From the IMG/VR virus record IMGVR_UViG_3300027770_000026, positions 62,001-126,000 of that record: a DNA stretch of 64,000 nt; one strand, written 5' to 3'. The translations under genes and the position numbers were made by a program. The notes below the pieces were generated by a model. The model ran no database searches, had not been told where the DNA came from, and saw nothing but the letters and a program-made list of their open reading frames with translations. This document shows, piece by piece, positions 14,986 through 22,891 of the stretch; within the stretch, counting starts at the first letter, position 1; every line of letters starts with the position of its first letter.

Positions 14986-15198
14986 TTAGATTTGATCGGG
15001 GTCTAGCACGATGTCGATACCTGCTACCTTACCAAGATACTTACCAGTCTTGACATCCAACTTCATAATAACTATATGGTTAGTTGGTAAACGTGCCCAT
15101 AGTTTATTTTCTTGGTAATCGATATCAACTATTAAAACAATAACTTCCTTTTTGGAACGATCGCTAGTTACAGCAAGTTTCATACCTTTCTCAATCAT
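14986..15198 (-). CDS. hypothetical protein
   Basis: Start re-set to MIEKG (ATGA overlap). Confidence 0.6.
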   Translation of the reverse strand: MIEKGMKLAVTSDRSKKEVIVLIVDIDYQENKLWARLPTNHIVIMKLDVKTGKYLGKVAGIDIVLDPDQI

Positions 15199-15737
15199 AG
15201 AGTCCTTACTCCCAGTTGTTTCAAACAATATTGAACCTGTTCCGCTTGCCACCTAACATCGTACAGTGCATCGTGCGCACCTTTGCCCTTAGCAGGTACG
15301 GTTGGTACAAAACTTAATAGTGTACGACTGTCGCGCCATTGCCAATAATGCCAAGGGCGTGGCATGCTGCAAGTAGTATATGCTGCTTCAAGTAATGGTG
15401 GGTCAAAGTTCATGCCCTGACACCATAGACGATTTGCATTAGCAACAAACTTGCTCAGTTGTTCTAATGCGTTGGGCAGGGTAACACGTGGTCCACTTTC
15501 AAATGCTTTAGCACGTACTTCGGGTGCTTGCTTCTCCCACCATGCAATGGTGTCCGCATCGTAAGAGAGATTCCATTTTTCCAAACAATCGTCTGGATCA
15601 ACTAGTGCTTCAAATTCTACTACAGTATCCGAACGACCCAGTGCATCAAATCTAATGGCTGCAATGCTGAGAATAGCAGAGCCAGGTTGCGTACCCAGCG
15701 TTTCAATGTCGATCATGCAGTCTGGTGGGGCAATCAT
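15195..15737 (-). CDS. DEDDh 3'-5' exo(ribo)nuclease (Rv2179c-like)
   Basis: MIDIETLG, FD, RDSRT, HDALYD motifs. Confidence 0.9.
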   Translation of the reverse strand: MIAPPDCMIDIETLGTQPGSAILSIAAIRFDALGRSDTVVEFEALVDPDDCLEKWNLSYDADTIAWWEKQAPEVRAKAFESGPRVTLPNALEQLSKFVANANRLWCQGMNFDPPLLEAAYTTCSMPRPWHYWQWRDSRTLLSFVPTVPAKGKGAHDALYDVRWQAEQVQYCLKQLGVRTL

Positions 15738-15738
15738 G

Positions 15739-16524
15739 TTAGGTCCAAAGGTACTTGCGTAGTTTAACTAGTCGCACCATCATTTCCGTATCCTCGTCCT
15801 CATAGTTTTTTTCAATCTTGTGAGACAAGTCTAGTATAGCATGTATACGCGCCTGTGTATATGGTTCTACATATGAATCCATACCAACCTTGTTTACTTC
15901 GCGCCAACGGTTGTATTCGGACCAACCAGATGCGTCAAGTGGCTCCGGACGATGAAAACGGTGGCATGTCCACCAAAAGTATAATTCCAATACTTCTTTA
16001 CCACTAGCGTCTGGAGCTAGTCCACTATTAAACTGAAAGGATGAGTTTTCAGCAATTTGCTCGCGAAAGTATTGAACACCTAATTCTGAACTGCGCCATA
16101 TGCGGAACCAACGACGCCACTTGGGTGGTGCTGTTGGATGATCGTGCTTGTCGCCCCATCCACCGGTGGTAAACAGTGCGCACTCTACTTCTACAAAGTC
16201 TACTAGTTCAGTGAACATACCATGTAGTAGACGATTTTCAAACTCATGCCATTGACCAGGTTCTAGACTGGTCTTCATGTAGTGCGTCTTGTCAATCCAA
16301 CGATTGACTGCATAACAGCGAGCACCCCAAAGTTTATCTTTGGGCCAGCATACAATGTTCTGTAATTTGTTTAGCAGTTCCTCTGCAAGCCAATGTCGTA
16401 CGGGATTGGCAGTCTTGGCTTTGTCTTGCCATTCATCCCATTCATCCAATGTAGCATATGTTGGACGTGGGGTACCACGAATCCAGTGAGCGAGCTTGCT
16501 ATCGCTCCAGTATTTGAATCGCAT
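15739..16524 (-). CDS. conserved hypothetical phage protein
   Basis: Long ORF, GAGG SD, Trp-rich. Confidence 0.8.
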   Translation of the reverse strand: MRFKYWSDSKLAHWIRGTPRPTYATLDEWDEWQDKAKTANPVRHWLAEELLNKLQNIVCWPKDKLWGARCYAVNRWIDKTHYMKTSLEPGQWHEFENRLLHGMFTELVDFVEVECALFTTGGWGDKHDHPTAPPKWRRWFRIWRSSELGVQYFREQIAENSSFQFNSGLAPDASGKEVLELYFWWTCHRFHRPEPLDASGWSEYNRWREVNKVGMDSYVEPYTQARIHAILDLSHKIEKNYEDEDTEMMVRLVKLRKYLWT

Positions 16525-16540
16525 ATTAACCTCTAGTGGG

Positions 16541-16843
16541 TCAGGCTGGTTTAACTTTTACTTCTAATGGATAACCGTTGCGCCGGGCAGCATAAGTGCA
16601 TTCCAACGCTCGCTGTTCTGCCAACTCGTAGTGATAAGTGGCAACAACAGCCTGACCCTGCTCATGGACCAGCATCATGATTTCAAAGCTGCGGGTATTA
16701 TCATATTCAAAAATCTCAGCCAACAATTGAATAACAAAGTCCATACTGGTTACATTGTCATTCATAAAAATCACATTAAACTTTTTGGGTTCTTCTGTTG
16801 TGATGCTATTTTTGATTTTGGGTTTTACTGCAACTTCTGTCAT
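16541..16843 (-). CDS. clpS: ATP-dependent Clp protease adaptor ClpS
   Basis: F.VIF.ND..TSMDFV...IMM.VH..G.AVV...E.AE...GYPL. Confidence 0.92.
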   Translation of the reverse strand: MTEVAVKPKIKNSITTEEPKKFNVIFMNDNVTSMDFVIQLLAEIFEYDNTRSFEIMMLVHEQGQAVVATYHYELAEQRALECTYAARRNGYPLEVKVKPA

Positions 16844-16858
16844 AATGCTATCCTTTTA

Positions 16859-17284
16859 TTAGCTGCGCTTGATTTCGATCTTGCGTGGCTTGAGCTCTTC
16901 TGGTACCTTCTTGACTAATTGTACAGTCAACAGGCCGTTTTTGCAAGTGGCAGATTCAACTTCCACATGCTCACCGAGACGCCAATTCAATTCAAAGTCT
17001 CGATTAGCAATGCCCTTGTACACATAGTCACGTGGCTCTTCATCCGGTACTCGTGAGCCAGTAACGTGCAGCACGTTATTGTCCACAGTAACTTCAATAT
17101 CGTCCGGAGAGAAGCCAGCAACTGCAACAGTGATGCTCCAGGTATTGTCTTCGAGTCGTTCGATATTGTATGGTGGATACTTGGCCTGAGGTAAACCGTT
17201 TCGTCCCATAAGGTCATTGAGATATTCAAACCCTACGGTTAAACGGTTCAGATGGTCGTTGAGATTTGTAGTTGTTACATTCAT
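16859..17284 (-). CDS. small heat shock protein Hsp20 (IbpA-like)
   Basis: YPPYNI, AVAGF, YKGIA.R.F, NGLL motifs. Confidence 0.95.
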   Translation of the reverse strand: MNVTTTNLNDHLNRLTVGFEYLNDLMGRNGLPQAKYPPYNIERLEDNTWSITVAVAGFSPDDIEVTVDNNVLHVTGSRVPDEEPRDYVYKGIANRDFELNWRLGEHVEVESATCKNGLLTVQLVKKVPEELKPRKIEIKRS

Positions 17285-17368
17285 TTTATTGCTCCTTTAA
17301 AAGCGAGTTGTATGGAACCCCAATTGGGCGTTCCTTGTAGTACGCACACCATGTGCCTACTACAATTT
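17285..17368 (-). promoter_or_regulatory. ROSE-like RNA thermometer in the hsp20 leader
   Basis: Two hairpins followed by CTCGCT-TTTAA-AGGAG, pairing U(U/C)GCU with the SD. Confidence 0.65.
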
Positions 17369-17399
17369 TATTTATACACGAACTATCGAGTCAAGTCAA
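17369..17399 (-). promoter_or_regulatory. overlapping late (TATAAATA) and sigma70-like promoter
   Basis: TTGACT-17nt-TATAAA(TA). Confidence 0.6.
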
Positions 17400-17617
17400 G
17401 TTTTAATTTTTTGCTCGCGACGAGTGCGGGCGACAGCTTTGGCTTTAGCACGGCGTGCAACAATGCTGGGCTTGAGGTATTCACGCTTCTTGTCCAGATC
17501 GTCCAAACGTCCACTGTTCTCTACTTTCTTTTTGAACTTGCGCAGCATCTTCTCAAAACTATCGCTGCCGTTATCGTCTACACGTAGACCTTTGATAATT
17601 GGTTCTTTATGTCTCAT
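17396..17617 (-). CDS. rpsU: 30S ribosomal protein bS21
   Basis: FEKMLRKFKKKVENSG.L....KREYLKPS..RR. Confidence 0.88.
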   Translation of the reverse strand: MRHKEPIIKGLRVDDNGSDSFEKMLRKFKKKVENSGRLDDLDKKREYLKPSIVARRAKAKAVARTRREQKIKT

Positions 17618-18861
17618 TATACACCTTTTTTCTTTTGCTTGTGCTTTATCAAAGGCATTTCTTCTGTACCGTTGATATACTCTTTAGTTATCGTTACTGT
17701 GCTTACTGTTTGTAAATTCTTATGGCTAAGACTGTACTGCAACGGTGTTAACTTCTTCTCTAATATACTGCGCAAACTACGTGCGCCTGTTCCCTGCTTG
17801 ATAGCTTTTTGTGCAATACTACTCAGTGCTTCCGGTGCAAACTTTAATTTTACGGGAGAGAACATAGCTTCATACTGTTTGATGATACTGTCTTTTGGTT
17901 CCGTAAGGATCTTGACCATTTGTTCTTCTGTTAGCATTTCAGTGGAAGTGATAACCGGCAAGCGTCCCATTAGTTCTGGGATCATACCATACTTTACCAA
18001 ATCTGTTGCAGCCAATAAGTCCCAATTAATTTTCTTGTTAGATGTTACATTAGCAGAAAATCCAATACCAGTGCTAGTGGACTGTTGCTGCTCTAGATGT
18101 TTCTCTAGTCCAACAAATGCTCCACTACACACAAAGAGGATATTACTAGTGTCCATCTTAACAGTATCACCTAGTCCAAATGGCTTATCTGGATCTGTGG
18201 GTACACTGATCTCGCAGCCTTCGATCATTTTTAGTAGTGCTTGCTGCACACCTTCGCCCGACACATCTCGTTCTACCGTAGCACCACTGTGTGCCCGTGC
18301 GATCTTGTCAATCTCGTCAATAAAGATTATACCTTGTTCAGCTAGTTGTACATTACCATTAGCTGCTTGCAGCAATCTACTTAGGAGTACATCTGCATCG
18401 TCACCTGCATAACCTGCTTGAGTCAGTGCAGTAGCGTCTCCGATTATCATTGGTACACTTAGCAAGTTAGCAATGGCTTTGACCATTAGAGTTTTACCCG
18501 AACCAGTTGGTCCAAGTAACAAGATGTTGCTCTTATCTACTCGTACACTTTCTTTGTCTGCTTTACGGAACAATCGTTTGTAATGATTGTGTACAGCAAC
18601 ACTAAGGACTACCTTAGCTTTATCCTGACCAATTACAATTGTATCAAGATATTCTTTAATCTCAATCGGTGTTATTATTTTAGGTTTAGTTTTAGGTTGG
18701 GGCGTTTTGACTTCGGGTACTTTTTTAACTAATAGGTCTACTATAGACTGTACACATATGTTGCAGATACCCGCTGTTTCACCAACAATCAGACGCTCAA
18801 CTTCTGCCTGAGTTCGCTGACAAAAACTACAGTGCTTTACCGTATTTTTTTTGGATTGCAT
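17617..18861 (-). CDS. clpX: ClpX AAA+ unfoldase
   Basis: C4 zinc finger (CSFC...CNIC), [36 protein letters not shown] loop, GARSLRSI. Confidence 0.96.
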   Translation of the reverse strand: MQSKKNTVKHCSFCQRTQAEVERLIVGETAGICNICVQSIVDLLVKKVPEVKTPQPKTKPKIITPIEIKEYLDTIVIGQDKAKVVLSVAVHNHYKRLFRKADKESVRVDKSNILLLGPTGSGKTLMVKAIANLLSVPMIIGDATALTQAGYAGDDADVLLSRLLQAANGNVQLAEQGIIFIDEIDKIARAHSGATVERDVSGEGVQQALLKMIEGCEISVPTDPDKPFGLGDTVKMDTSNILFVCSGAFVGLEKHLEQQQSTSTGIGFSANVTSNKKINWDLLAATDLVKYGMIPELMGRLPVITSTEMLTEEQMVKILTEPKDSIIKQYEAMFSPVKLKFAPEALSSIAQKAIKQGTGARSLRSILEKKLTPLQYSLSHKNLQTVSTVTITKEYINGTEEMPLIKHKQKKKGV

Positions 18862-19222
18862 TATTCACCAGTAAGTTAATGTTTTCTTCTACAATGTGTC
18901 GTAATGACAACTTGTACAATGTATTTAAGCTCGCGCTGTCATATTCCATGTAATAGCAATTTGGCAGCGATAGTATGTAGCCTGTTAACCAGTGAAACAA
19001 GTTTGGGTTGTTAAATATTATTAGATTGCTTGTTTCTAGCACTGCTAGAACATACTCAATGTCGTTAGTTTGTGGGGATAGATCGTATAACGCAATGTTA
19101 CCGTCTATTTCAACTTCATTGAGTAATGTTGTAACTTTTTCCTGAACTTCTGAATCTAGGCCGATAACCGTTACTTTGAAACCGGTGTATGTAATATCAG
19201 GTGATGTTAACAGACTGATCAT
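18827..19222 (-). CDS. hypothetical protein
   Basis: ORF track; overlaps neighbours. Confidence 0.65.
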   Translation of the reverse strand: MISLLTSPDITYTGFKVTVIGLDSEVQEKVTTLLNEVEIDGNIALYDLSPQTNDIEYVLAVLETSNLIIFNNPNLFHWLTGYILSLPNCYYMEYDSASLNTLYKLSLRHIVEENINLLVNNAIQKKYGKAL

Positions 19223-20495
19223 TGTCTAGGTATTTAAGAATGGCGGCACACTGCACCCAACTTAGTTCGTCAACGGTCATGTTATTGTTAGTAAGTTGAT
19301 CCATTAGATTACGCACAGTTTCTAAACTAATTAGTTCAGGCTTCTCCCTCAAAGAGTCAAGAGAAATAATTTTACCATCAAACCTTACGTAGTCGGGACC
19401 AATCTGTTGATAACGATTTGAGATTAGTTCTCTTGTATTATCCGGTGTCTCTTCTACCGGTGCTTCAACTATAACCCAATTACGTTTTGCTGAATCCCAT
19501 GTCATACTTCCGGGTGTGCTGCTAACAGTGTCATAATTGAATACTTCAGCATGTGGCGGTAATTCGTCGATAAGTGGTGTCGAAGCTACCTCATCTGGTA
19601 CAATCTCAAGATCTGCAGGAGTTGAATCAATTTCTAATTCTATCGGAACTACCACTTCCTCTGCTTTAACTTCCGGCACAGGTTCAACTACTGCAACAGG
19701 TGCAGGTGGTTCTACTGGAAGGATGGGATCGACTGCAGTTTTTGCTGCCTGTTCCTTACGGTGCAGTGCCATGCCAAAGTTAGCAGCAATAAGCATGATA
19801 ACTGCTAGTGGGTCAAACACCACAATAAGGATAATGATTACTGAACGCACTGCTTGGTCAAAGTGACTCTTAGCTTGTTCGCCGTAGATTAGTTCTGCAA
19901 TATACTTTAGCGGGCCAATCTCCGCTTCTACTTTGCGATTGCTAATATCCAGCGGAATCTTTTCTTCGTATAACTTGTCAATGTCTGTTTGTAATGCTTT
20001 CTTTTCGTTTGCAACACCACGAAGCTCGCGTTTCATTCGATCACGCTGTGCCAATGCTTGGCTTACACGATCCTTTTCAATTAGCGCGTCAACTGCATGG
20101 TTGAGACGGTCTTCGGTACCAGTTAGTCTTTCCAGCTGCTTTTCCTTAACAGCAATGTCTTGCTCCATACGTTCCAACTGCAAGCTAGTGTCCGATGTTG
20201 CAGCACGTTGTTCCAAGTGTGCTTTTGATAGATAACCAAAGATTCCCATGCTGGTAATGAACATGAGCACAACTACTGCTGCACTCATATAGGCTTTCAG
20301 CGCACGTGGTGCAGCGATCCAATTGTTATACACCCAACTGGCGCAAACTAACTTGGCTACTTCCAATGTACCGCCCATGATCATGATGCTGATTGGGGCA
20401 GCAGAGAAGATAGCAATAAGTCCTGCAACAGAGAACCAAGCTGCAACGCCACTAAGGGCAAGTCCAGTTAAAAGCATTAGAATTGTAGCAAACAT
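19197..20495 (-). CDS. multi-TM coiled-coil membrane protein
   Basis: Three N-terminal TMs, ITSMGIFGYLS, coiled coil, EIGPLKYIA, VFDPLAV; TAAATA 7 nt before ATG. Confidence 0.8.
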   Translation of the reverse strand: MFATILMLLTGLALSGVAAWFSVAGLIAIFSAAPISIMIMGGTLEVAKLVCASWVYNNWIAAPRALKAYMSAAVVVLMFITSMGIFGYLSKAHLEQRAATSDTSLQLERMEQDIAVKEKQLERLTGTEDRLNHAVDALIEKDRVSQALAQRDRMKRELRGVANEKKALQTDIDKLYEEKIPLDISNRKVEAEIGPLKYIAELIYGEQAKSHFDQAVRSVIIILIVVFDPLAVIMLIAANFGMALHRKEQAAKTAVDPILPVEPPAPVAVVEPVPEVKAEEVVVPIELEIDSTPADLEIVPDEVASTPLIDELPPHAEVFNYDTVSSTPGSMTWDSAKRNWVIVEAPVEETPDNTRELISNRYQQIGPDYVRFDGKIISLDSLREKPELISLETVRNLMDQLTNNNMTVDELSWVQCAAILKYLDNDQSVNIT

Positions 20496-20519
20496 AAGTT
20501 AATATTTATCCCATATGGG

Positions 20520-21299
20520 TTAAGCGAACGGTGAATACTGTTTGATCTTACGGCGTGTTAATGCGCGTTTATAGTGTATCTTGTAGCTACTCAATTTATT
20601 CTTACCATTTAACGCTTCGTATTCTTCATACATGTCAATATACTTGATCAGTCGCTTGATAAAACGTGCCTGTACTCGTATATTATCTAGTTTAGCATAG
20701 CTTGCTAGTTCCGTGCAATGACTATCACGGGTCTTAAATTTAGCAACACGCTTTCGTGCTTCGCGTATACCAAATCTTGCAACTAGCCCTTGTGCTGCGT
20801 TTAGTGCGTAGCTGTCAATCTCATCTGGGTCTTCAAGATATTCACCGTGCCATTCTAAAAATCTATAATTCTTCTTACGACCTTGTTTGAGATGATTTAA
20901 TTCGTGTGTGATTGTTTTGAATATCTCATTAGCTAGCCATTCTTTAGCACCGGGTGTAGAGTAGTCAGGCCAGTCCCAACGATATATCTTTAACTTGATT
21001 GGTTTCTTTTTGCGCTTGTCTAAATGGTCCTCATACACTCCGCCAACAGCAAATGTATCAATTGGTTTATGTTTGCCTTTAAGCGAACAATACACAATGC
21101 GTACATCAATATAGGGACGCAATGGTTCTACTAGGTATAGTAACCAATCACGGAAGGTTGCGTTCTTGAATTGTTTGCTAGCAAATCTAGTCCATAGATA
21201 GTGTTCTACTTCTATGAACCAGTGCTTGCGGTTAAGATTAACAATGTAATCTTCGGTTAATCTAAATCGTAAACTAGGTTTGCGTTTAGATTTAACCAT
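20520..21299 (-). CDS. basic protein with zincin-like HExxH motif
   Basis: THELNHLKQ...Y..DPDEIDSYA. Confidence 0.6.
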   Translation of the reverse strand: MVKSKRKPSLRFRLTEDYIVNLNRKHWFIEVEHYLWTRFASKQFKNATFRDWLLYLVEPLRPYIDVRIVYCSLKGKHKPIDTFAVGGVYEDHLDKRKKKPIKLKIYRWDWPDYSTPGAKEWLANEIFKTITHELNHLKQGRKKNYRFLEWHGEYLEDPDEIDSYALNAAQGLVARFGIREARKRVAKFKTRDSHCTELASYAKLDNIRVQARFIKRLIKYIDMYEEYEALNGKNKLSSYKIHYKRALTRRKIKQYSPFA

Positions 21300-21302
21300 G
21301 CG

Positions 21303-21623
21303 CTAACCGGTAACTAGGCCTGCTGGCGCTTTAACTATACTGCTCGTAAGAGATTCATAATGATCAGCAATTTCCTTTTCAGGTGCTGCTGTTGCCATAA
21401 CAAACTCAATCTTAAGATCAACCAGTTTATCTTTGTCAGCAAACACTGACCACTTGTTCATCATTGGACCGTTTGGTCCCATGCCCAATGCGCAAGGGCG
21501 ACGCAGTTTAACTGAGTCAGAATCCTTACTCTCAATCCTAGCAATAACTTCTTCGCCGGAAGACAGCTTCAGTACTACAACTTCGCCTACTTCCAATACA
21601 CCTGTATTCTTATTGATTAGCAT
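21303..21623 (-). CDS. Sm-like fold phage protein
   Basis: VVLKLSSGEEVIARI...Y...TS.I pattern. Confidence 0.6.
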   Translation of the reverse strand: MLINKNTGVLEVGEVVVLKLSSGEEVIARIESKDSDSVKLRRPCALGMGPNGPMMNKWSVFADKDKLVDLKIEFVMATAAPEKEIADHYESLTSSIVKAPAGLVTG

Positions 21624-21632
21624 TTGTTTTCC

Positions 21633-22646
21633 TTAAAAGTCAATTGAGTCGAACTTAATATCTTCTGCACGGGCAGTTACTCCACCAATCTGGTAATCGC
21701 TTACTGTACGTTCAAAGAAGTTGGTATGGCTTGCAAGATCCTGCAGTTCAGTGAATGGGAACGGATTGTGTCCGTTGAAGCGGAATTCAATGCCGAGTCG
21801 TGCAAGACGCATGTCTGCAATGAACTTGAGATAGCTTTCCATATCCTTTGCACTGAGTCCTGCAATGCCTAATTCTAGTGTATCCTTGGCAAACTCCATT
21901 TCGCAAGCGATAGCTTCGGTTAGCATTTGTACTACTTTACCTTCTAGCTCGCTGGTCCATAAGTCTGGATATTCGTTACGCACTGTATCCACAATGTCAA
22001 AGGCTACATTCATGTGCATGCTTTCGTCACGGAAGATCCAATTAGTTGCACTAGCCAACCCATGCAACAAGCCCTTGCTGCGTAGGAAGTATACATAAGC
22101 AAACGCACCAAAGAAGAATAGTCCTTCTACTGCGGCAGCAAATGTGATTAGGTTAAGTAGGAACTGCTGACGCTGCTCGTTAGTTTCAATACGATCCATT
22201 TCATTTATACTGTCAATCCATTTGAAGCAGAACTCAGCCTTGTGCTGGATTGCTGGTACGTTGTTGATAGCATCGAATGCTTTGAAGCGTTCCTGATCGT
22301 CTGGTAGATAGTTGTCCAGCAGTGTAAGGTAAGCTTGTACGTGTAGAGCCTCTTCATAGATCTGGCGGCTGTAGTACATACGTGCTTCTGGACTGTTTAC
22401 ATGCTTGTATAGGTTGAGAACTAGGTTGTTACCAACCACGCTGTCGCCTGTGGCAAAGAATGCAACCAAACGTCCAACTACATGTTTCTCCGCAGGTGTT
22501 AACTTGTCGCGCAGGTCAGCAACGTCAGTGCTGAAACTGATTTCATCAACAGTCCAGGTGTTCTTGATGGCGTTTAGATAGTGCTGGTAGAACTGTGGAT
22601 ATTTCATTGGACGTAATGTTAGGTTAAAACCTGGATCGAGTATCAT
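21633..22646 (-). CDS. nrdB: ribonucleotide reductase class Ia beta subunit
   Basis: FFATGD, EEALH..AY, VEGLFF, RDESMH, NFFE motifs. Confidence 0.97.
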   Translation of the reverse strand: MILDPGFNLTLRPMKYPQFYQHYLNAIKNTWTVDEISFSTDVADLRDKLTPAEKHVVGRLVAFFATGDSVVGNNLVLNLYKHVNSPEARMYYSRQIYEEALHVQAYLTLLDNYLPDDQERFKAFDAINNVPAIQHKAEFCFKWIDSINEMDRIETNEQRQQFLLNLITFAAAVEGLFFFGAFAYVYFLRSKGLLHGLASATNWIFRDESMHMNVAFDIVDTVRNEYPDLWTSELEGKVVQMLTEAIACEMEFAKDTLELGIAGLSAKDMESYLKFIADMRLARLGIEFRFNGHNPFPFTELQDLASHTNFFERTVSDYQIGGVTARAEDIKFDSIDF

Positions 22647-22669
22647 ATAGTTTCCTTGTAGAGTTTTAG

Positions 22670-22876
22670 TTATCGCGAAAGCATATCGCCGCCAAACAAA
22701 CTGACGTTCATATTCAGTGCATTATCTGTGGGCTTTTGCTTTTTTGGTAGCTTGTGTTTAGGCTTACGTGAACCACTCAAATATGGATTGGTCACGTGTG
22801 GATTTGCTACGGTTGCAATGCTGCCGGAGCTAGTGCTACCGGCGCTTGCGTCTTCAAGTAGTTCGTGTATTTTCAT
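22670..22876 (-). CDS. small capsid-tagged protein between nrdA and nrdB
   Basis: TAAGTA 5 nt before MKIHELLE; ASAGSTSSGSIA. Confidence 0.7.
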   Translation of the reverse strand: MKIHELLEDASAGSTSSGSIATVANPHVTNPYLSGSRKPKHKLPKKQKPTDNALNMNVSLFGGDMLSR

Positions 22877-22891
22877 ACACGTACTTATACG

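Noticed and set aside
17609-18412. 267-aa plus-strand ORF and similar plus-strand ORFs over nrdA, helicase and ATPase
   Set aside because: Antisense shadows of well-supported minus-strand genes
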